Assembly (NCBI GenBank): GCA_043228905.1
Contig: JBHGNT010000020.1
Span: 9,672,001-9,736,000 of the forward strand
Length of the DNA stretch: 64,000 nucleotides
Direction of reading: 5' to 3'
From: Azolla caroliniana
Taxonomy: Eukaryota > Plantae > Polypodiophyta
Part shown: positions 60,701 to 64,000 of the stretch, piece by piece
How positions within the stretch are numbered: position 1 is the stretch's first letter
Layout of the letters: each line of letters opens with the position of its first letter
Notes under the pieces: model-generated
What the model was told of the DNA's origin: nothing
The model's input: only the letters and a program-made list of their open reading frames with translations
The model's database searches: none
Program-made: the position numbers and the translations under genes

Positions 60701-63006
60701 TTCATCATCCTCTATTAATCCAGAACACTTAAAGTACTCGAAAGCATTTTGTATTTTATTATTATTTACTTTTAGTATAAAAGTAGCACCATTAGATGAG
60801 ATTGTACAAGGAATATCTTTATTTACATTATTATTTATGGGGTTTTCTTTTATGCTTGGGCTATCACAACCCCTACCTGTAAAAGCCCTATCTAAAAATC
60901 CTGGGAAAACTCTTCATCCATCTCTTGAATTGGATGTTCCCTCAAGCATTCTTTGTTTCTTTCATGGTTGGGCCTCACGGTTAAGAATTGGACAGTCTTT
61001 CTTCCATCTTGACTCTTGATTCTCGCGAAAGCCGAACCATCATCAATAACCTTTGTTTCCATCCTCACTGCGGTGATGTAGGGCTGGCCAAGGATGATGG
61101 GGTAGGTTGATTGATCCTGCACAAAGAAATTTTGATTCACCAAGACATCACCAATTGTTACCTTCACACTAGGACATGCTCCGAATAGATCCTCCGTAGT
61201 TTCTGTGGTAGCTCTTATTTTCCACCCATGATTCTTGTTGATCGGCCACTGTCCTCGAGCGTAAAATTCCGATGACATCATGTTAATCTCGGATCCATGA
61301 TCGATCAAAGCAATACATGGAATTTGCTGCTCCCCAATTTTTGCAGGTGCCTCCGTTGTTGCTCGAGCCCAATGATCCCTTGTATAGTGACTCCTATCCC
61401 CTTCATGGACACCAACATCATTTTGGTTTTTTACACTTGCAACATTGATGGTGCCACCATACAAATCTTGGAGTGTTGTTGCACACCCTCCCATAATTTC
61501 CTCCGTCACCTGTCTCTTCCTTCTAATAATATCTATGATAACTTCATGAAATTCTTTCTTTGCTATACCCAACACTTCTCGTAAAGTAAATTCTACCTTA
61601 CTATTTAGTATTCTTGTTTCTAGTACCTTTTTTATATCTATCGTAGTTTCTATGTCTGAGGCAAGCTTGAAAGATGGGCCTGTCTTTCCTTTTACTTTAT
61701 CAGCTTCCTTCGGCTCAATAGCACCCTTTTCCATGTCCCTTCTCTTCTGTTCTCGTGTCTCATGTCTCTTTGTCGGATCAGCTTCCTCAGCTCTCTTCCG
61801 CTTCTCTTCCACTAGCACATCTTGTGCATTCACTTGGGCGAATGCTGATAGCGCGTCTACTGGATCATTCCATCCAGTGAAGTTTCGTGTTTCATCTCCC
61901 GCTCTTTTTAATTCATCCACTCGAACCTTCCCTTTTCTTGCATAATCCATCACATCTTGCCAAAAGCCAGATCCACCATATGAGTCTTCTACGCGCAATC
62001 CTAAGGTTGCCACGGATTGTATCGCTTGAGTCGTTTCTCTCTCGGCATCTTCCATTAGCTTTTTCATTCCTCCTCGCCCGAAGTTGAGTTGAAGTGGTTG
62101 TCGAGTCTCAGTTGAGTGAATCTTGCCATCTTGATAGTAGATTTTATTATGATTAAGAGCATCCCTATGCTCTTGACAATCTTTCTTCTGGTGGTCGATA
62201 CTATCACACCACATACACCTTCGGACCATTCCACCTCCCTGCCTTGATGAAGTCGAGCTTTGTCCCGATTCTAGCTTCGTCACTTTGATCGACAAGTCTT
62301 TCATGCCTTTCACTAATTCGTGTAAAAGTGATTCTTCTACTTTCTTTTATCCCGACTCGTTCCCCGTTTCTTCATCATTTCTGTCAGGCAACTCCATAAA
62401 CCATAACTTTCTTTTGTAGAAAAGGGCGCACGCCCTTTTCACCTCCTCCCAATCTTCGGTAAGTCCACTTGGACTATTCTGATCTTCTAAAAGCATTCCC
62501 AAGTCCTTCCTATCTTTAATATTAGTAGCTTGTAGAAACAATATTACTTTATCTGGCACTATTATATTTCTATCTCTAACATTTAGTTGCTCAAATCTTT
62601 CAGAAAACTCTTTTAATACTTCCAAAACACTTAAATGTTTATTAGACTCTACCCAATCCATGAAAGCTCGCCTTGTCATCCTTGACATATCGTTGAGGTT
62701 GTATGCATTGAGTAATGCTCTTTCGAACGTTGTCCATGTCTGATTCTCCCTTTGGAGCTCTTGGATCCTCTCTTGTAGCCCAATCGCAGCGACTCGACTA
62801 AAGCTATTAATTTTTGTAGCTTTGTCGACACCGCGTTTAAGCATTTCTTCATTATAAATCTTCAGAAATCTTGTTAAATTTATACCTTCGAAGATTCCTA
62901 CTCGTGCGAGAATATTGTCGACGGCTTTGTCGATGCTTGCCATCATCCCTTGTTCCCGCATCATTCGTTCCACCATCGTACACATAAGCCTCATTTGCTC
63001 CTCCAT
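57764..63006 (-). pseudogene. F unit 2 gag-PR and pol (same lesions as unit 1)
   Basis: All predicted ORFs are identical at +6185. Confidence 0.92.
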
Positions 63007-63182
63007 TTCTCCTCGTCGCCGCCTTCACGTCGGGTTCACCAAATGTGTCGGGGTAGTTGTGGTTCGTGCGGCGAAGTCGCGGGGACTAAGGTTAAGGGGA
63101 GTTGAAGGAACTTAACTTTTAATAAGGCTTGTATGGTGATGATAGAATGGTTAAGGATAGTAAGAAGAAGAGTTACGAGTAA

Positions 63183-63215
<33 letters not shown>

Positions 63216-64000
63216 CAAGCATAGATAAAAAATAGAGACAATGTATGATTCAAGAAAGAAGATTGAGACAAAGTATGATTCAAGGAACAAGAGTATATGA
63301 TATAAACATGATGTATATTAAAAATATAATATTTTACCAACTTTACAATCCTTGACCGCAAATTGAACACATTCTCTACCGACCCTTGATTTGAACCCAC
63401 GACCTCAACTTCGAAACGAGAGGTTCTCCACCCAATGAGCTAGTCTTCTTTACTTGATTGTATTATTTTCTCACTCTCTCTTTTTGATTGATTACCTTGT
63501 TTTCCCCCTTCCCCTCTTTATATAAGTGTTGCCATGCATATGGTAATGTATGGGAGCATGGCATGCATGCAATGCATGAGTTACATGTAATGCATGATCG
63601 CCATTTGGCGCACATGCATTGCATGTGATGAATGATGACTATGTATGAAAATAGATATGGGATAAGTATAATGATGAAAATGCATTCTAAAATAACTAAC
63701 CTAGCTTAGTGGTGTATGCTTGGTGCTTGGTATACAAGGTTGAGGGTTCAAGTCCCTCAATTTTACTTAATACAATATATAGCTTCATTCTTATATCATG
63801 AAGCACATTTATTACACACTTTTACAAATAAATAGCCTAGCCTAGTGGTATGTACATTGTACATCGTATTTAAGGATGTGGGTTCAAGTCTCTCAAATAT
63901 TATTAAATACAACATTTAAGCTCATTTTTATATCGTGAAGCACATTCTTCACGACACCCACCCCCTCTGAACTTGCACATTGGTTGTGCAGAGTTCATCC

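Larger units (their letters stand above)
50674..64000 (-). mobile_element. Element F: tandem array of Ty3/Gypsy units sharing LTRs (period 6185 bp)
   Basis: LTRs 50674-51586, 56861-57771, 63046-63956; PBS-Trp reverse complement 56839-56856 and 63024-63041; PPT reverse complement cccaccccct after each LTR. Confidence 0.95.

Overview
Plant nuclear genomic DNA; the retroelement types hint at a non-seed land plant such as a fern or lycophyte, but that is inference. The first ~9 kb holds two convergent intron-containing genes: the 3' part of CKS1 (+) and a complete 5-exon TRB/SMH telomere-repeat-binding gene (-) whose core promoter is a (CCCTAA)7 array beside a TATA box. From ~11 kb onward the window is a nested LTR-retrotransposon pile-up, four levels deep, that target-site duplications (TSDs) resolve. 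An old Copia LTR (D) contains Copia B (12160-42645, TSD TATAT). B contains Copia A1 (carrying a fold-back TRIM), Gypsy C and Copia A2 (carrying Copia A3). Then come a Gypsy relic with an extra ORF, a minisatellite, Copia E and a 6185-bp tandem array of Gypsy F. The most interesting system is the C/F Gypsy lineage: tRNA-Trp priming, a DHG protease motif, a conserved G-GAT-TTT slippery site plus covarying pseudoknot (-1 frameshift between protease and RT), tRNA-like Pol III A/B-box cassettes inside the LTRs, a 4-bp TSD, and two insertions ~33 bp apart in the homologous linker of one Copia host family.
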